DNA of 60,211 nt from Desulfuromusa sp. (GCA_045047095.1 JASFYS010000046.1:1-60211); one strand, 5' to 3'. Positions 40,627 through 50,632 are shown, numbered from the stretch's first letter. Notes: generated from the letters alone by a model not told the origin. Translations and numbers: made by a program.

Positions 40627-41973
40627 TTACCTGATTCCATATTCTTTCAACTTGCGCCTGAGCGTGAGTCGATTGATCCCAAGAATATCTGCCGTATGAG
40701 TTTTGTTGTGATCCGTCTTTTTATAAACTGTGAGAATATGTTGTTTTTCGACTTCAAAGAGCGGTAGCATTTCATCTATTGTTGATCTAACTTCCGAACA
40801 ACATCCTACCAATGTCAAATCTTCAGGGGTGATAGTCCCACCAGAATGGAGAAGTGTCGTGCGTTCAATGACGTTTTTCAGTTCTCTGACATTTCCAGGC
40901 CACGGGTGCTTTTTAAGACAAGTCAATGCGGCAACAGAAAACTCGCAGTTCTTCTCCGGGCTGTGCAACAGAAATTCTTTGAGGAACAGATTTGCCAATA
41001 ACGGGATATCTTCCGGATGATTTCGTAAGGAAGGAACCTGAATAGGAAACACGTTGAGACGATAGTATAGATCTTCACGGAACAGACCTGATTGGATCTG
41101 CTCATACAGATTTCTGTTGGTCGCTGTCACGATACGGACATCAACATGAATCGGTTGTTGTCCGCCAATTCGGGTCACCGTCATATCTTCAAGAACCCGA
41201 AGCAGTTTAGCCTGTAGCCCCGGTTCCATTTCAGCAATTTCATCCAGAAATAACGTCCCGCGATCGGCAAGTTCAAAGAGCCCTTTCTGACTATTTTTTG
41301 CGTCGGTATAAGCACCTCTCTCATGTCCAAAGAGCTCATTTTCCAGGAGCGATGCTGGCAGAGCAGCACAGTTAATTTTGAGCAATGGCCCTTCGCTACG
41401 AGAACTCTGATAGTGAATAGCTTCTGCCACTAATTCTTTCCCAACACCACTTTCACCCAGAATCAGCGTCGTCGTTGCATTGGCTTTAGCAACCAACATA
41501 ATTTCCTGACGGATCTTTTTGAGGGTATTAGAATCCCCTTCAAGGCGGGTCCAGGAACGTTTATTGCGCTGTTTTTCACGTTGTCTGAAGGTCTTCACCT
41601 CACCGCGCAATTGACGCGTTTCCATTGCTCTTTCAACCAATATTTGTAACTCGTCCAGATCAAACGGCTTGTTGATGTAGTCAAAAGCTCCTAATTTTAG
41701 AGCGGTAACAGCAGTCTGTACCTCTGGAAAGGCTGTAGCAACAATAACCAACAGGGATTGTGGGTCAGGAACTTCTGCAAGCAGATCGAGACCAGAACCA
41801 TCAGGCAATTTCATATCCAGAATCATCAGGTCAAAATCGTGTTGACGCATTTCCTTTCTGGCTTCAAAGAGGGTCTCAGCACTTAGGGCGATATAATTTT
41901 CTTGCTGGAAAAAATCAACCAAACTCTCACGCAGCATCTCTTCATCTTCGACAATCAGAATCCTCCCGCGCAT
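40627..41973 (-). CDS. Sigma54-dependent NtrC-family response regulator (REC-AAA+-HTH)
   Basis: VEDE/LDMKLPD receiver, GESGVGKE, ENELFGHERGAYTDA, FREDLYYRL, WPGNVREL, Fis-type HTH. Confidence 0.93.
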   Translation of the reverse strand: MRGRILIVEDEEMLRESLVDFFQQENYIALSAETLFEARKEMRQHDFDLMILDMKLPDGSGLDLLAEVPDPQSLLVIVATAFPEVQTAVTALKLGAFDYINKPFDLDELQILVERAMETRQLRGEVKTFRQREKQRNKRSWTRLEGDSNTLKKIRQEIMLVAKANATTTLILGESGVGKELVAEAIHYQSSRSEGPLLKINCAALPASLLENELFGHERGAYTDAKNSQKGLFELADRGTLFLDEIAEMEPGLQAKLLRVLEDMTVTRIGGQQPIHVDVRIVTATNRNLYEQIQSGLFREDLYYRLNVFPIQVPSLRNHPEDIPLLANLFLKEFLLHSPEKNCEFSVAALTCLKKHPWPGNVRELKNVIERTTLLHSGGTITPEDLTLVGCCSEVRSTIDEMLPLFEVEKQHILTVYKKTDHNKTHTADILGINRLTLRRKLKEYGIR

Positions 41974-43925
41974 CCGCTACCTCCCTCTGGAAAATAAATA
42001 CTGGCTTCAACACCACCATGGGGGCGGTCGTTAAGATCGATTGTCCCCTTCATTTCAGCAACCAATTGTCTCACAATTGCCAGGCCTAACCCGGTTCCCT
42101 CGGGTTTACTGGTCACCAGTGGTTCAAAAAGCTGGTCAATCAGTTCTGCTGGTAAGCCGCAGCCATCATCATAAATTTTGATCTCAATCTGCCCCACGGA
42201 TCGACGTGCAAAGACATCAACTTGTCCATTTTCATCACAGGCTTGCAGCGCATTCAGAATGAGATTCATAAAGATCTGGTGGAGATACTGTGCTTTTGAG
42301 CAGACTAGTAGTGGCTCAGAAGGTAAATGGAGTTGTAATTGAATTTTATGTCGATCTGCTTCTTCGCAGAGGATAAAAGCAAGATCACGCAAAACTTGGC
42401 TGACATTTATCTGTTCTCGCTCCTGGTTCTGTTGTGGCGCCAGGTAGCTGGTTAAATGTCCAAGGAAATCTCCCAGACGATCAACCAGGTTCAGCATTTT
42501 GGTGATATCCAGCTGCAGTTTCTGATCAAGATCCGTGCGGCGTTGTAGCAGTTGCAGTTTCACCCGCATTCCTGCCAGGGGATTACCTATCTCATGGGCG
42601 ACAGTTGCTGACAACATTCCCAGCGAAGATAGCCTGTTTGCCTGCAACAGTTGCCGCTCTAAAGTTAGCATCAGCTTCTCGGCTGCATCTGCTTCTAGTT
42701 GCGAGCGATTAAGATCGGCGACCCTTTTTTCAACCTCTTCCTTTAAAAGCATATTCCAGTTAAGGAGTTCTGCATGTGTTTGTTGTTGAGATTGTGCCAT
42801 TTCATTCAAGGCACACGATAATTCTCCAAATTCATCACGACTGGTAATATTTACAATTGTCTCAAAATTGCCAGCAGCAATAGTGTTAGCAAAGCGGGAC
42901 AAACGACGAATCGGACGACTAAAACGCCGAGCTGCAATAATTGCCAGGGTCGAAGCAAGCAGGGCAAGCAATAGAAAAGAAAAGATGAAGGTTTTTTTTA
43001 GCTGCTTTAACTCGGCATAGAGATATTTCTGCGGGTAAGCAATGGTTAAATACCAGAGATGTCCAAATCCGGCACTGACCGATGCCGTAGCCAGGATATC
43101 AGACTGTACTGCGGCAACATTAGGCGCTTCATCTGGCTTGGGAAACAGACGTATGATCTGCTGGAAATTATCAAGTTCAGAGTTGTCGGCACTCAAAAAA
43201 TTAACCTTGCCTGCGTAGCTGTCCATCTTGATAAATTGATGGTTCTGATTGAATAGCAAAATACGAGTTCCATCGACATTGAGCAGATATTTCAGAGATG
43301 AAAGCAATTTTTCACCAAAGACATTGATGATAACCAGCCCTGCGGTTGCCCCTGAAGGATCGAGAATTGGGGCGGCAACCCTGACAACCAAACGTTTAGG
43401 CTCTTCGACCCGACCAAATTCCATATTAAGATCAAGATGCGAAACATAGGTTCCTCCTGGAGGGCAATGAAAAGCCTCCTGGATATAGTAGCGGTCACTT
43501 TTATCCTGTAAGTTGGATTCTGGAACCAGAACCGCTTTTCCATCAATATTGTTGATCCGCAGTTGTTCACGCCCATCCTTAGAAATAAAACGAATCTGAT
43601 AATAATCTTTTTCTACCATGATGGCCGCAAGAAACTCGTTCTGTATCAATGCCCATTGATCAGCATCCATATCCTTCTTGAGTCTCCGCTGTAAAAACCG
43701 GGCAAGAGAACGGACATCTCTTCTGACACCATTCAGATAATCTTCAATCGAGTTACCTGCCGTGATGACTTCCGCTTGTAACTCCTGATTAATCTGCGCG
43801 CGCAACGCTTTTTCCATGTGCTGCAAAGAAAGATTTCCCAAAAACAAAATTGGACCCAGAGACAGACCCAGAAACGCAATCAACATTTTTCTTCGAATTG
43901 ATAACGTTACCTGTGGAAACAGCAT
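41955..43925 (-). CDS. Sensor histidine kinase (periplasmic Cache-like + HAMP + HisKA + HATPase)
   Basis: Two TMs, YYQIRFI...QDKSDRYY Cache-like region, AHEIGNPL, NLILNALQA, DDGCG, GTGLGL. Confidence 0.92.
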   Translation of the reverse strand: MLFPQVTLSIRRKMLIAFLGLSLGPILFLGNLSLQHMEKALRAQINQELQAEVITAGNSIEDYLNGVRRDVRSLARFLQRRLKKDMDADQWALIQNEFLAAIMVEKDYYQIRFISKDGREQLRINNIDGKAVLVPESNLQDKSDRYYIQEAFHCPPGGTYVSHLDLNMEFGRVEEPKRLVVRVAAPILDPSGATAGLVIINVFGEKLLSSLKYLLNVDGTRILLFNQNHQFIKMDSYAGKVNFLSADNSELDNFQQIIRLFPKPDEAPNVAAVQSDILATASVSAGFGHLWYLTIAYPQKYLYAELKQLKKTFIFSFLLLALLASTLAIIAARRFSRPIRRLSRFANTIAAGNFETIVNITSRDEFGELSCALNEMAQSQQQTHAELLNWNMLLKEEVEKRVADLNRSQLEADAAEKLMLTLERQLLQANRLSSLGMLSATVAHEIGNPLAGMRVKLQLLQRRTDLDQKLQLDITKMLNLVDRLGDFLGHLTSYLAPQQNQEREQINVSQVLRDLAFILCEEADRHKIQLQLHLPSEPLLVCSKAQYLHQIFMNLILNALQACDENGQVDVFARRSVGQIEIKIYDDGCGLPAELIDQLFEPLVTSKPEGTGLGLAIVRQLVAEMKGTIDLNDRPHGGVEASIYFPEGGSGCAGGF

Positions 43926-43983
43926 TTTTCATGACCTCATTTGTAGATAAAACATCTGGTGACTCATCAAAAACTCATTCCGA

Positions 43984-44046
43984 TGGATAGAAAGGTACCA
44001 CATAAACGGTTAATTATGAACCATACAGGTGGTTTTATTTTTACCA
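43984..44046. promoter_or_regulatory. Three phased imperfect palindromes, candidate bEBP enhancer (UAS)
   Basis: TGGATAGAAAGGTACCA (43984), CGGTTAATTATGAACCA (44007) and TGGTTTTATTTTTACCA (44030): YGG-N11-CCA at an exact 23-bp period. Confidence 0.6.
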
Positions 44047-44096
44047 CCCAGCATTCCAGATTTTGGTAAATCCCTGTTATTTCGATACTTAACTTG

Positions 44097-44112
44097 TGGC
44101 ACGCTTTCTGCT
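44097..44112 (+). promoter_or_regulatory. Sigma54 -24/-12 promoter of the cytochrome operon
   Basis: TGGCACGCTTTCTGCT: GG(44098-99)-N10-GC(44110-11). Confidence 0.8.
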
Positions 44113-44191
44113 TTGGATTTATGTATTAACTAGAACTGCAATTGAAGAACCAAAAATACTTTGTAACCTTTGATTCAGGAGAGATCGCTCA

Positions 44192-44848
44192 ATGGAAAAC
44201 AATGGAAAGAAGACTTTTTTTGACAAAGGTGAGTTCTGTAAAAAATTTCTGCTCCCCGGAGCTGTCATTCTTATTCTTATTTTCTTTTTCTGTGGAGATA
44301 AAAAACCTGATATCCCTGACCCTGTTCCACTTAAGGCTGAATGGTATACACCGGAAACTGCACGTGGAGAGATTCTGGAAAATACCGTCATGCCGGGAAA
44401 TTGTTTCATCTGTCACAGTGTTCAAGTGCCAGACCCGAGTGTCATTCGTCCACAGTTTGCCCATGCAACAGTTAAACTGGAACATGGTGCCAATAATCGT
44501 TGTTTCAATTGTCACCATATCTATGATCGTGACAGCCTGGCTGGTGATGGTGAAAGCAAAATACCCTTTGCAACTCCTGAAAAACTCTGTGCCCGATGTC
44601 ACGGTCTTATTGTTAAAGACTGGCAGGAGGGAACTCATGGGTTGAGACAAGGCGGTTGGTTGATTAAAAATGGTGCAAACCCAGTTAACTTCACCTGTAC
44701 TGAGTGTCATGATCCCCATTCCCCAAAATTCAAATATGCAATTGCAGCTCCTGCTCCGGTTTGGCCCAAGAAGACAATCCGGACAACCAAACATGATGAA
44801 GATCCTAAATCTGCATACTTAATTGAATCACACCAGGAGAGCTTCTGA
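44192..44848 (+). CDS. Membrane-anchored tetraheme cytochrome c
   Basis: N-terminal TM; CFICH, CFNCH, CARCH, CTECH. Confidence 0.88.
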   Translation: MENNGKKTFFDKGEFCKKFLLPGAVILILIFFFCGDKKPDIPDPVPLKAEWYTPETARGEILENTVMPGNCFICHSVQVPDPSVIRPQFAHATVKLEHGANNRCFNCHHIYDRDSLAGDGESKIPFATPEKLCARCHGLIVKDWQEGTHGLRQGGWLIKNGANPVNFTCTECHDPHSPKFKYAIAAPAPVWPKKTIRTTKHDEDPKSAYLIESHQESF

Positions 44849-45798
44849 TGAGTACAGAAGAGCAAAAAGACCTTGAGCTGAACACCGAAAACCAGCAGGA
44901 ACCAGTTCTCAGTCGCCGCTATTTTCTTGCCGGAACAGCCTGTCTGTCAGTCGCTGCGGCAGTATCTTTATCACCGTTGCTGAATGCTGAGGAGGTTCCT
45001 TCCGCAGATGACTTTATCCAGCAGCATTACAACGAATTGAGTGATGAGGATAAAAAAGAAATCTTTGCCCGGCTCGAAGCTGAGGTTAAAGAAAAATATG
45101 GGGTAGCTGCTACGATATCTGACCCCCCACCCATGGAAGGTGTTGAGTTTGCTTATGTTCTCAACTTGGGGCGTTGTATCGGCTGCCGAAAATGTGTCTA
45201 TGCCTGCATGAAAGAAAATAATCTTTCCCGCAGCCCACAAAAACAATACATCCGCGTTCTGAAGATGAAAAAAGGCGCCATCAACCTGGAAACATCAAGC
45301 CATGACTATCCGGAGAAAGAAGCGGCTAGTGATGATTTCTTCTACATGCCCGTTGCTTGTCAGCAATGTCGTGAACCCAAATGTATTGAAGTCTGTCCGG
45401 TAAAAGCGACCTGGCAAGAGAAGGACGGCATTGTTGTTATCGACTACAACTGGTGTATCGGTTGTCGCTATTGTGAAGCAGCCTGTCCATACCACGCCAG
45501 ACGTTTCAATTTTGCCGCACCACAGGTTCCCGCGGAAGAGTTAAATCCAGACATGGGATATCTTTCCAATCGTCCACGCTATATGGGCGTCATGGAGAAG
45601 TGTACTTTCTGCCTGCACAGAACCAGGCGTGGCGAGTATCCAGCCTGCATGGAGGTCTGCCCGACTGGATCACGGAAATTTGGCAACCTCAGGGATCCCG
45701 AGAGTGAAGTGCGCAAAATAATAGAGCAGGAACGTGTATTTGTACTTAAACAGGAAGCCGGGACACTCCCGAAATTCTATTACACGTTTGCTAAATAA
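44848..45798 (+). CDS. Tat-exported 4x[4Fe-4S] protein (NrfC/DsrO/HybA-like)
   Basis: SRRYFL twin-arginine motif; CIGCRKCVYAC, CQQC..PKCIEVCP, CIGCRYCEAACP, CTFC..ACMEVCP. Confidence 0.9.
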   Translation: MSTEEQKDLELNTENQQEPVLSRRYFLAGTACLSVAAAVSLSPLLNAEEVPSADDFIQQHYNELSDEDKKEIFARLEAEVKEKYGVAATISDPPPMEGVEFAYVLNLGRCIGCRKCVYACMKENNLSRSPQKQYIRVLKMKKGAINLETSSHDYPEKEAASDDFFYMPVACQQCREPKCIEVCPVKATWQEKDGIVVIDYNWCIGCRYCEAACPYHARRFNFAAPQVPAEELNPDMGYLSNRPRYMGVMEKCTFCLHRTRRGEYPACMEVCPTGSRKFGNLRDPESEVRKIIEQERVFVLKQEAGTLPKFYYTFAK

Positions 45799-45847
45799 CG
45801 GGTCAGGAATGTTTTCACTTGCCAACTATTATCCGAAGGGGTGATCA

Positions 45848-47062
45848 ATGAAAGCTGGTTTTTCAGGATTTGTTAGTCATGCGGTCAAATCTATTTTGAT
45901 CGGAAATCGAACTTACACCTTATGGATGTTTGGGCTGATTGTTATCAGTATGTTTGGACTGAATGCCTTCAGTCGCCAGATTGCTCATGGCCTGTACACA
46001 ACCGGTATGGGGGATGAAGTTTCCTGGGGGCTCTATATCTCAAACTTTGCCTTTTTGGTGGGAATGGCTGCAGCAGCGGTTATGATGGTTATCCCGGCCT
46101 ATATTTTTAAAGACGAAGAAATCCACAAAGTTGTCATTTTTACCGAATTATGGGCGATTGCCGCACTAACCATGTGTCTGCTCTTCATCACCGCTGATAT
46201 CGGCCGCCCCGATCGTCTCTGGCACATGATCCCATTCCTCGGGATATTTCACTGGCCGATGTCAATGCTGACTTGGGATGTTTTAGTTTTAAACGGCTAT
46301 CTGCTCCTCAACATATACGTCTGCGGTTACGTTCTTTATAAAAAATATCATGGTCAAAAGCTGGTCGCTCGCCATTATCTCCCATTTGTCTTTCTTGCTA
46401 TTGCCTGGGCACCATTAATTCATACGATAACTGCATTTCTCTTCCAAGGATTGGCTGCCAGACCTTTCTGGCATACCGGTCTGATTGCACCTCGCTTCCT
46501 AGCATCTGCATTTGCTGCCGGACCCGCATTTATCATTCTGGTATTTAAAGTGATGGATTATTTTAAATGCTGCAAAATCCATCAGGATGTGATTGCGAAG
46601 ATACGGGTCATCATCACCGTCAGCTTATTAGCCAATCTACTTCTGGTAGGATCGGAACTTTTCACCGAGCTTTATTCCGGTTCTGAGCACTCTATCCACT
46701 TGGCTTTTCTGCTCGGCTTTCATGGGCCAAGCGTCCTCGCTCCATGGATGTGGGGCGCTATCATCCTCAATGTAATCGCAGCAATCATTTTACTTTTACC
46801 GGTGCGCCAAAACCCGCAGTTTTTAACCGTTGCCTGTGTCATGATAATTGTCGGTATCTGGGTTGAAAAAGGGTTGGGCTTTGTCATTTCCGGTTTTGTT
46901 CCAACACCACTCGGCGATTTTGTTCAATATCAACCATCACTCAACGAACTGACGGTCTGTTTCGGCATCCTGGCTTTTGGACTGCTGGTCTATACAGCAT
47001 TGCTGAAAGTTGCTGTACCAATTATCAATGGTGAACTCTGCCACAGAGAGAATAATGATTAA
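45848..47062 (+). CDS. NrfD/PsrC/DsrP-family quinol-interacting membrane subunit
   Basis: VSWGLYISNF, DIGRPDR, HTITAFL, APRFLASAF; many TMs. Confidence 0.88.
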   Translation: MKAGFSGFVSHAVKSILIGNRTYTLWMFGLIVISMFGLNAFSRQIAHGLYTTGMGDEVSWGLYISNFAFLVGMAAAAVMMVIPAYIFKDEEIHKVVIFTELWAIAALTMCLLFITADIGRPDRLWHMIPFLGIFHWPMSMLTWDVLVLNGYLLLNIYVCGYVLYKKYHGQKLVARHYLPFVFLAIAWAPLIHTITAFLFQGLAARPFWHTGLIAPRFLASAFAAGPAFIILVFKVMDYFKCCKIHQDVIAKIRVIITVSLLANLLLVGSELFTELYSGSEHSIHLAFLLGFHGPSVLAPWMWGAIILNVIAAIILLLPVRQNPQFLTVACVMIIVGIWVEKGLGFVISGFVPTPLGDFVQYQPSLNELTVCFGILAFGLLVYTALLKVAVPIINGELCHRENND

Positions 47063-47099
47063 GAACAACTCTTTACTTGCATCAAACAGGGAGGTCAAT

Positions 47100-49463
47100 G
47101 TGCAAAAAAAATTATTAATGATGTTACTGACTATTGGAGTCGCTTTCAGCTTCAGCTCTATGGTGTACGCAGCAAGTGGTTGTACCACTAACGACTGCCA
47201 TGCCGGACTCGAAGAGATTGTTCCGCCAGATTTTCCCATGTCGCAACAGCTAAAAATGAACGGGCAGATGCATGGCGATCCTGAAGGGTGCGTCATGTGC
47301 CACGGTGGGAATCCCACAGCAACCAAGAAGGAAGAGGCGCACAAAGGGATCCCTGCAACGTTGCGGATGGCTCCCGGCCCTAAAGATTTCTATCCTGATC
47401 CTGGTTCGATCTGGATTTCTCAAAACACCTGTGGTGTCTGTCACGTCGGCTATGTCTACCGCTCACAACTTTCGTTAATGAACACTGAGGCTGGCAAAAT
47501 CTCTGGCAACATGCACACTTGGGGCATGGAGGAAGTCGCCAACCACAAAAATCCATGGGGTAACTACGACGTTGAAGATACAGATGGTCAAAAGCCGCTA
47601 GTAGGAACACCCACGTATCAGAAATACATGGCTGACCAGATCAGCATGTATCCTGAGCAGTATCCAAAAAGTCTGAAACAGATGCCGAATCCGACCATGG
47701 AAGAGGTAAAAAAAGACCCGAAGAAAGCCGCATTTGCTTATCAGCGTCAAGATTGTAACCGCTGCCATCTCGGTGTCAAAGGTCGGGAAAAGCGCGGCGA
47801 TTATCGTGGTATGGGTTGCTCAGCCTGCCATATTCTCTACAGTAATGATGGTTACTACGAAGGCAAAGACAAGAGCATCGACCCGAAGAAAAAAGGGCAC
47901 ATGCTTAGACACCGCATCGCCGGAACCCGTAAAACTGGCGGGATCCCGGTCGAAACCTGTAACTCATGTCACAATCGTGGTAAACGAATTGGAACATCGT
48001 TCCAGGGTCTGATGGAATTCCCCTACGGATCTCCTTTCGATGAAAATGGCAAAATCCAACCTAAGCTCCACACCAAGAGATATATGTTTGTCTCTGACGA
48101 CCTGCATCATCAGCAGAAGAGTCGTGAAGGAAACCCCGAAGGCGGGCTTCTGTGTCAGGATTGTCATACCAGTATCGATATGCACGGTGACGGCAATATC
48201 CATGGAACCACTATGGGTCAAGTCGAGATCGAGTGTACCGATTGTCACGGCACTCCAAAGGCGTATCCATGGGAACTTCCTGTCGGTTATGGCGATGAGT
48301 TTGGCAAAAGAGCTCAGACCAAACCACGTGGCACAGCGACGAAGCAATTGGTTACCGTGCAACAGTTCGGCGACCCCTTTGAAGTTGAAGATGGATATCT
48401 GATTACTGCCCGTGGCAACCCATTGGGTAACGTTGTCCGGCGAGGAGATAAGGTCATCGTCCACTCAGCAACCGGTAACGATTTTGAGGTTCCGGCACTG
48501 AAGGGTCTGGCTGTCAACAAGAAGTGGAAGAACCCTGATGCACAGGTTGCCATGATGGCAGTCAGTGGTCACCTTGAAAAGATGGAGTGTTACACCTGTC
48601 ACGCTTCATGGGCACCACAATGCTACGGTTGTCATGTCAAAGTTGATTACAGCAATGACAAAAATGGCAAACAAAAAGGTGGGACTGACTGGATTGCTTC
48701 GGGCAACAGCCACGATTCCCACGGCCAGACAGCTGAATCAAAACTAGGTTCAAAAGGTATCTTTACCTCAGGCAAACCAATGGAAAAACGGTCGTATCTG
48801 CGCTGGGAAGATCCGGTTCTCGGAATCAGCGGTGAAGGACGTGTGACTCCACTGATGCCTGGTTGCCAGGTGGTTTATACTGTTGTTGACGATACCGGTA
48901 AAGTCATTGTCAATAACATGATTGCCGATGCCCCGGATGAAGCCAAATATGTGGGACAGGAACATGTTCCATTGGCAATAGATATGTCACCGGTTCAACC
49001 ACATACAGCACAACGTAAAGCCCGTACTTGCGAGAGTTGCCACGGTAATTCTAAAGTTGCCGGTCTTGGTATCGGTGATGGCACTTTCGGTCTTGGACAA
49101 AATAAGCCCGTTGTTGAAGATCTGATTGACGCCAAAACCGGGAAAGTTATCCCAAGTAAGTATAGTGTTCAGATCCCGGCTATTCCAAAGCTGGACTTTG
49201 ACTGGTCACAGATTGTTACCCGCGATGGCGTCCAGCTGGCAACCGTTGGATCTCACTGGCCACTCAGCCGCGCATTCAACAAGAAGGAAATTGATACCTT
49301 CATGCGCACTGGCACTTGTATGGGTTGCCACCAGAACATGAGCCAGGAAGATCTATGGAAGAAGGTCAGTGAAGACGGCAAACTTGATTTCAAACAGCAC
49401 AATGAGATGATGAATAAAATGCTTCACAATATGGCTAAAAATGCTCCAAAAATTAAAAAATAG
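47100..49463 (+). CDS. Large periplasmic multiheme cytochrome c (11 CxxCH + 1 Cx4CH)
   Basis: GTG start at 47100 after a GGAGG RBS; signal peptide. Motifs: CTTNDCH, CVMCH, CGVCH, CNRCH, CSACH, CNSCH, CQDCH, CTDCH, CYTCH, CYGCH, CESCH, CMGCH. Confidence 0.88.
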   Translation: MQKKLLMMLLTIGVAFSFSSMVYAASGCTTNDCHAGLEEIVPPDFPMSQQLKMNGQMHGDPEGCVMCHGGNPTATKKEEAHKGIPATLRMAPGPKDFYPDPGSIWISQNTCGVCHVGYVYRSQLSLMNTEAGKISGNMHTWGMEEVANHKNPWGNYDVEDTDGQKPLVGTPTYQKYMADQISMYPEQYPKSLKQMPNPTMEEVKKDPKKAAFAYQRQDCNRCHLGVKGREKRGDYRGMGCSACHILYSNDGYYEGKDKSIDPKKKGHMLRHRIAGTRKTGGIPVETCNSCHNRGKRIGTSFQGLMEFPYGSPFDENGKIQPKLHTKRYMFVSDDLHHQQKSREGNPEGGLLCQDCHTSIDMHGDGNIHGTTMGQVEIECTDCHGTPKAYPWELPVGYGDEFGKRAQTKPRGTATKQLVTVQQFGDPFEVEDGYLITARGNPLGNVVRRGDKVIVHSATGNDFEVPALKGLAVNKKWKNPDAQVAMMAVSGHLEKMECYTCHASWAPQCYGCHVKVDYSNDKNGKQKGGTDWIASGNSHDSHGQTAESKLGSKGIFTSGKPMEKRSYLRWEDPVLGISGEGRVTPLMPGCQVVYTVVDDTGKVIVNNMIADAPDEAKYVGQEHVPLAIDMSPVQPHTAQRKARTCESCHGNSKVAGLGIGDGTFGLGQNKPVVEDLIDAKTGKVIPSKYSVQIPAIPKLDFDWSQIVTRDGVQLATVGSHWPLSRAFNKKEIDTFMRTGTCMGCHQNMSQEDLWKKVSEDGKLDFKQHNEMMNKMLHNMAKNAPKIKK

Positions 49464-49499
49464 CCACATATATTGAGAAGACTCTCTCCTCTCAATTCC

Positions 49500-49531
49500 C
49501 CCGGCAGCTTCTCGCTGCCGGGGATTTTTTT
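49500..49531 (+). terminator. Rho-independent terminator closing the cytochrome operon
   Basis: CCCGGCAGC-TTCTC-GCTGCCGGG then A and a T run. Confidence 0.8.
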
Positions 49532-49550
49532 AGTTAAACTAGGAACTATT

Positions 49551-50015
49551 TTGAATCGATTACTACTACAACTGATAGCAATTCTGGAAATTATTGGCGG
49601 TGTCTGGGGCCTTTCTATAATGCTTTACCGAATGGCAAACGTCCTGGATACTTTTAAGTTCCTGCTGTTTATGCTGCTGTATCTCGTTCCATTTATTATC
49701 AGTATCATTGCCGGCATTCTATTATTCAAACAAAAGACCGCAGGATTAACCCTTTCCCTGGTTATTCAACTGCTACAAATCCCCTACTTTGCCTTAGCTG
49801 GGCTCTATTATTCATTCATTTCCGGGGTACTAGCTGGCATCAGAATTAGCTTACTGGAAGGGATAACTCACTACAATTTTAATTTTCTTTTTGGGGGGTA
49901 CTGTCAGATACAAACAGGTTTACCGGTTGAAATTTCAGCTTTTGGCATCAATATATTTGCCGTTGTTACTTTCAGTTTTTTACTTATATATAAGTTGCAA
50001 GGTAAAGAAGCCTGA
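49551..50015 (+). CDS. Hypothetical integral membrane protein
   Basis: Several hydrophobic helices. TTG 49551 (AGGA upstream) is preferred because the track start lies upstream of the terminator and would read through it. Confidence 0.6.
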   Translation: MNRLLLQLIAILEIIGGVWGLSIMLYRMANVLDTFKFLLFMLLYLVPFIISIIAGILLFKQKTAGLTLSLVIQLLQIPYFALAGLYYSFISGVLAGIRISLLEGITHYNFNFLFGGYCQIQTGLPVEISAFGINIFAVVTFSFLLIYKLQGKEA

Positions 50016-50017
50016 CA

Positions 50018-50632
50018 TTATAAATAATCGAGTAATTGCAGATGATTCGACAATGATATCTTCCCTGAAACCTCCTTGCCGTAACCGGCAAATTGCATAT
50101 TTGCTTCGGTTGCCGCAAGTTTATCCAGCTCAGAATCCCCAATGAACAGACAATTTTCAGGTTTAATATTGAGTGATTCTGCAGCCAAAAACAACATATC
50201 CGGAGCAGGTTTGGGATTTTCAACATCATGACTCGTGACAACCGCTGTAAAATATTTGTCCAGATTAAAATGGTCAAGAATCGCCAATATACTTTTGCCA
50301 CGATTAGTTGCAATAGCCATAGGATAGTGGCCGAGGAGCTGTTCTAAAAGCTCGGTTAAATCGGCCTCCGGTTCCATATATGGGATAAACGCTCGATAGT
50401 CCAAAGTTGCTGAAAAAATGCGTGCTGATGGCAAATCTTCCTGACGCAAAAGGTTTGCTAAAACAACCGATGAACTAGCGGTATGACACATCTGTGCCAG
50501 CTCTTTGTGCTCAGTAGAAACCGGGGGGTAGGAAAACTCTTCAAGAATTCGATTATAATAGGCCAGATTCGCCCGCCGACTTTCAAACATCACCCCATCA
50601 CAATCAAATATTACAGCCTCAATCTGACTCAA
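50018..50632 (-). CDS. HAD-superfamily hydrolase (Gph-like)
   Basis: FDCDGV, ATNR, PKPAPD, IGDS. Confidence 0.9.
   Translation of the reverse strand: MSQIEAVIFDCDGVMFESRRANLAYYNRILEEFSYPPVSTEHKELAQMCHTASSSVVLANLLRQEDLPSARIFSATLDYRAFIPYMEPEADLTELLEQLLGHYPMAIATNRGKSILAILDHFNLDKYFTAVVTSHDVENPKPAPDMLFLAAESLNIKPENCLFIGDSELDKLAATEANMQFAGYGKEVSGKISLSNHLQLLDYL

Noticed and set aside
44119-44794. Alternative-frame and antisense ORFs over the tetraheme cytochrome
   Set aside because: Shadow ORFs; only 44192..44848 has heme motifs and operon coupling
47010-47099. Track start of the multiheme cytochrome
   Set aside because: Overlaps the NrfD gene; GGAGG + GTG at 47100 gives a proper signal peptide
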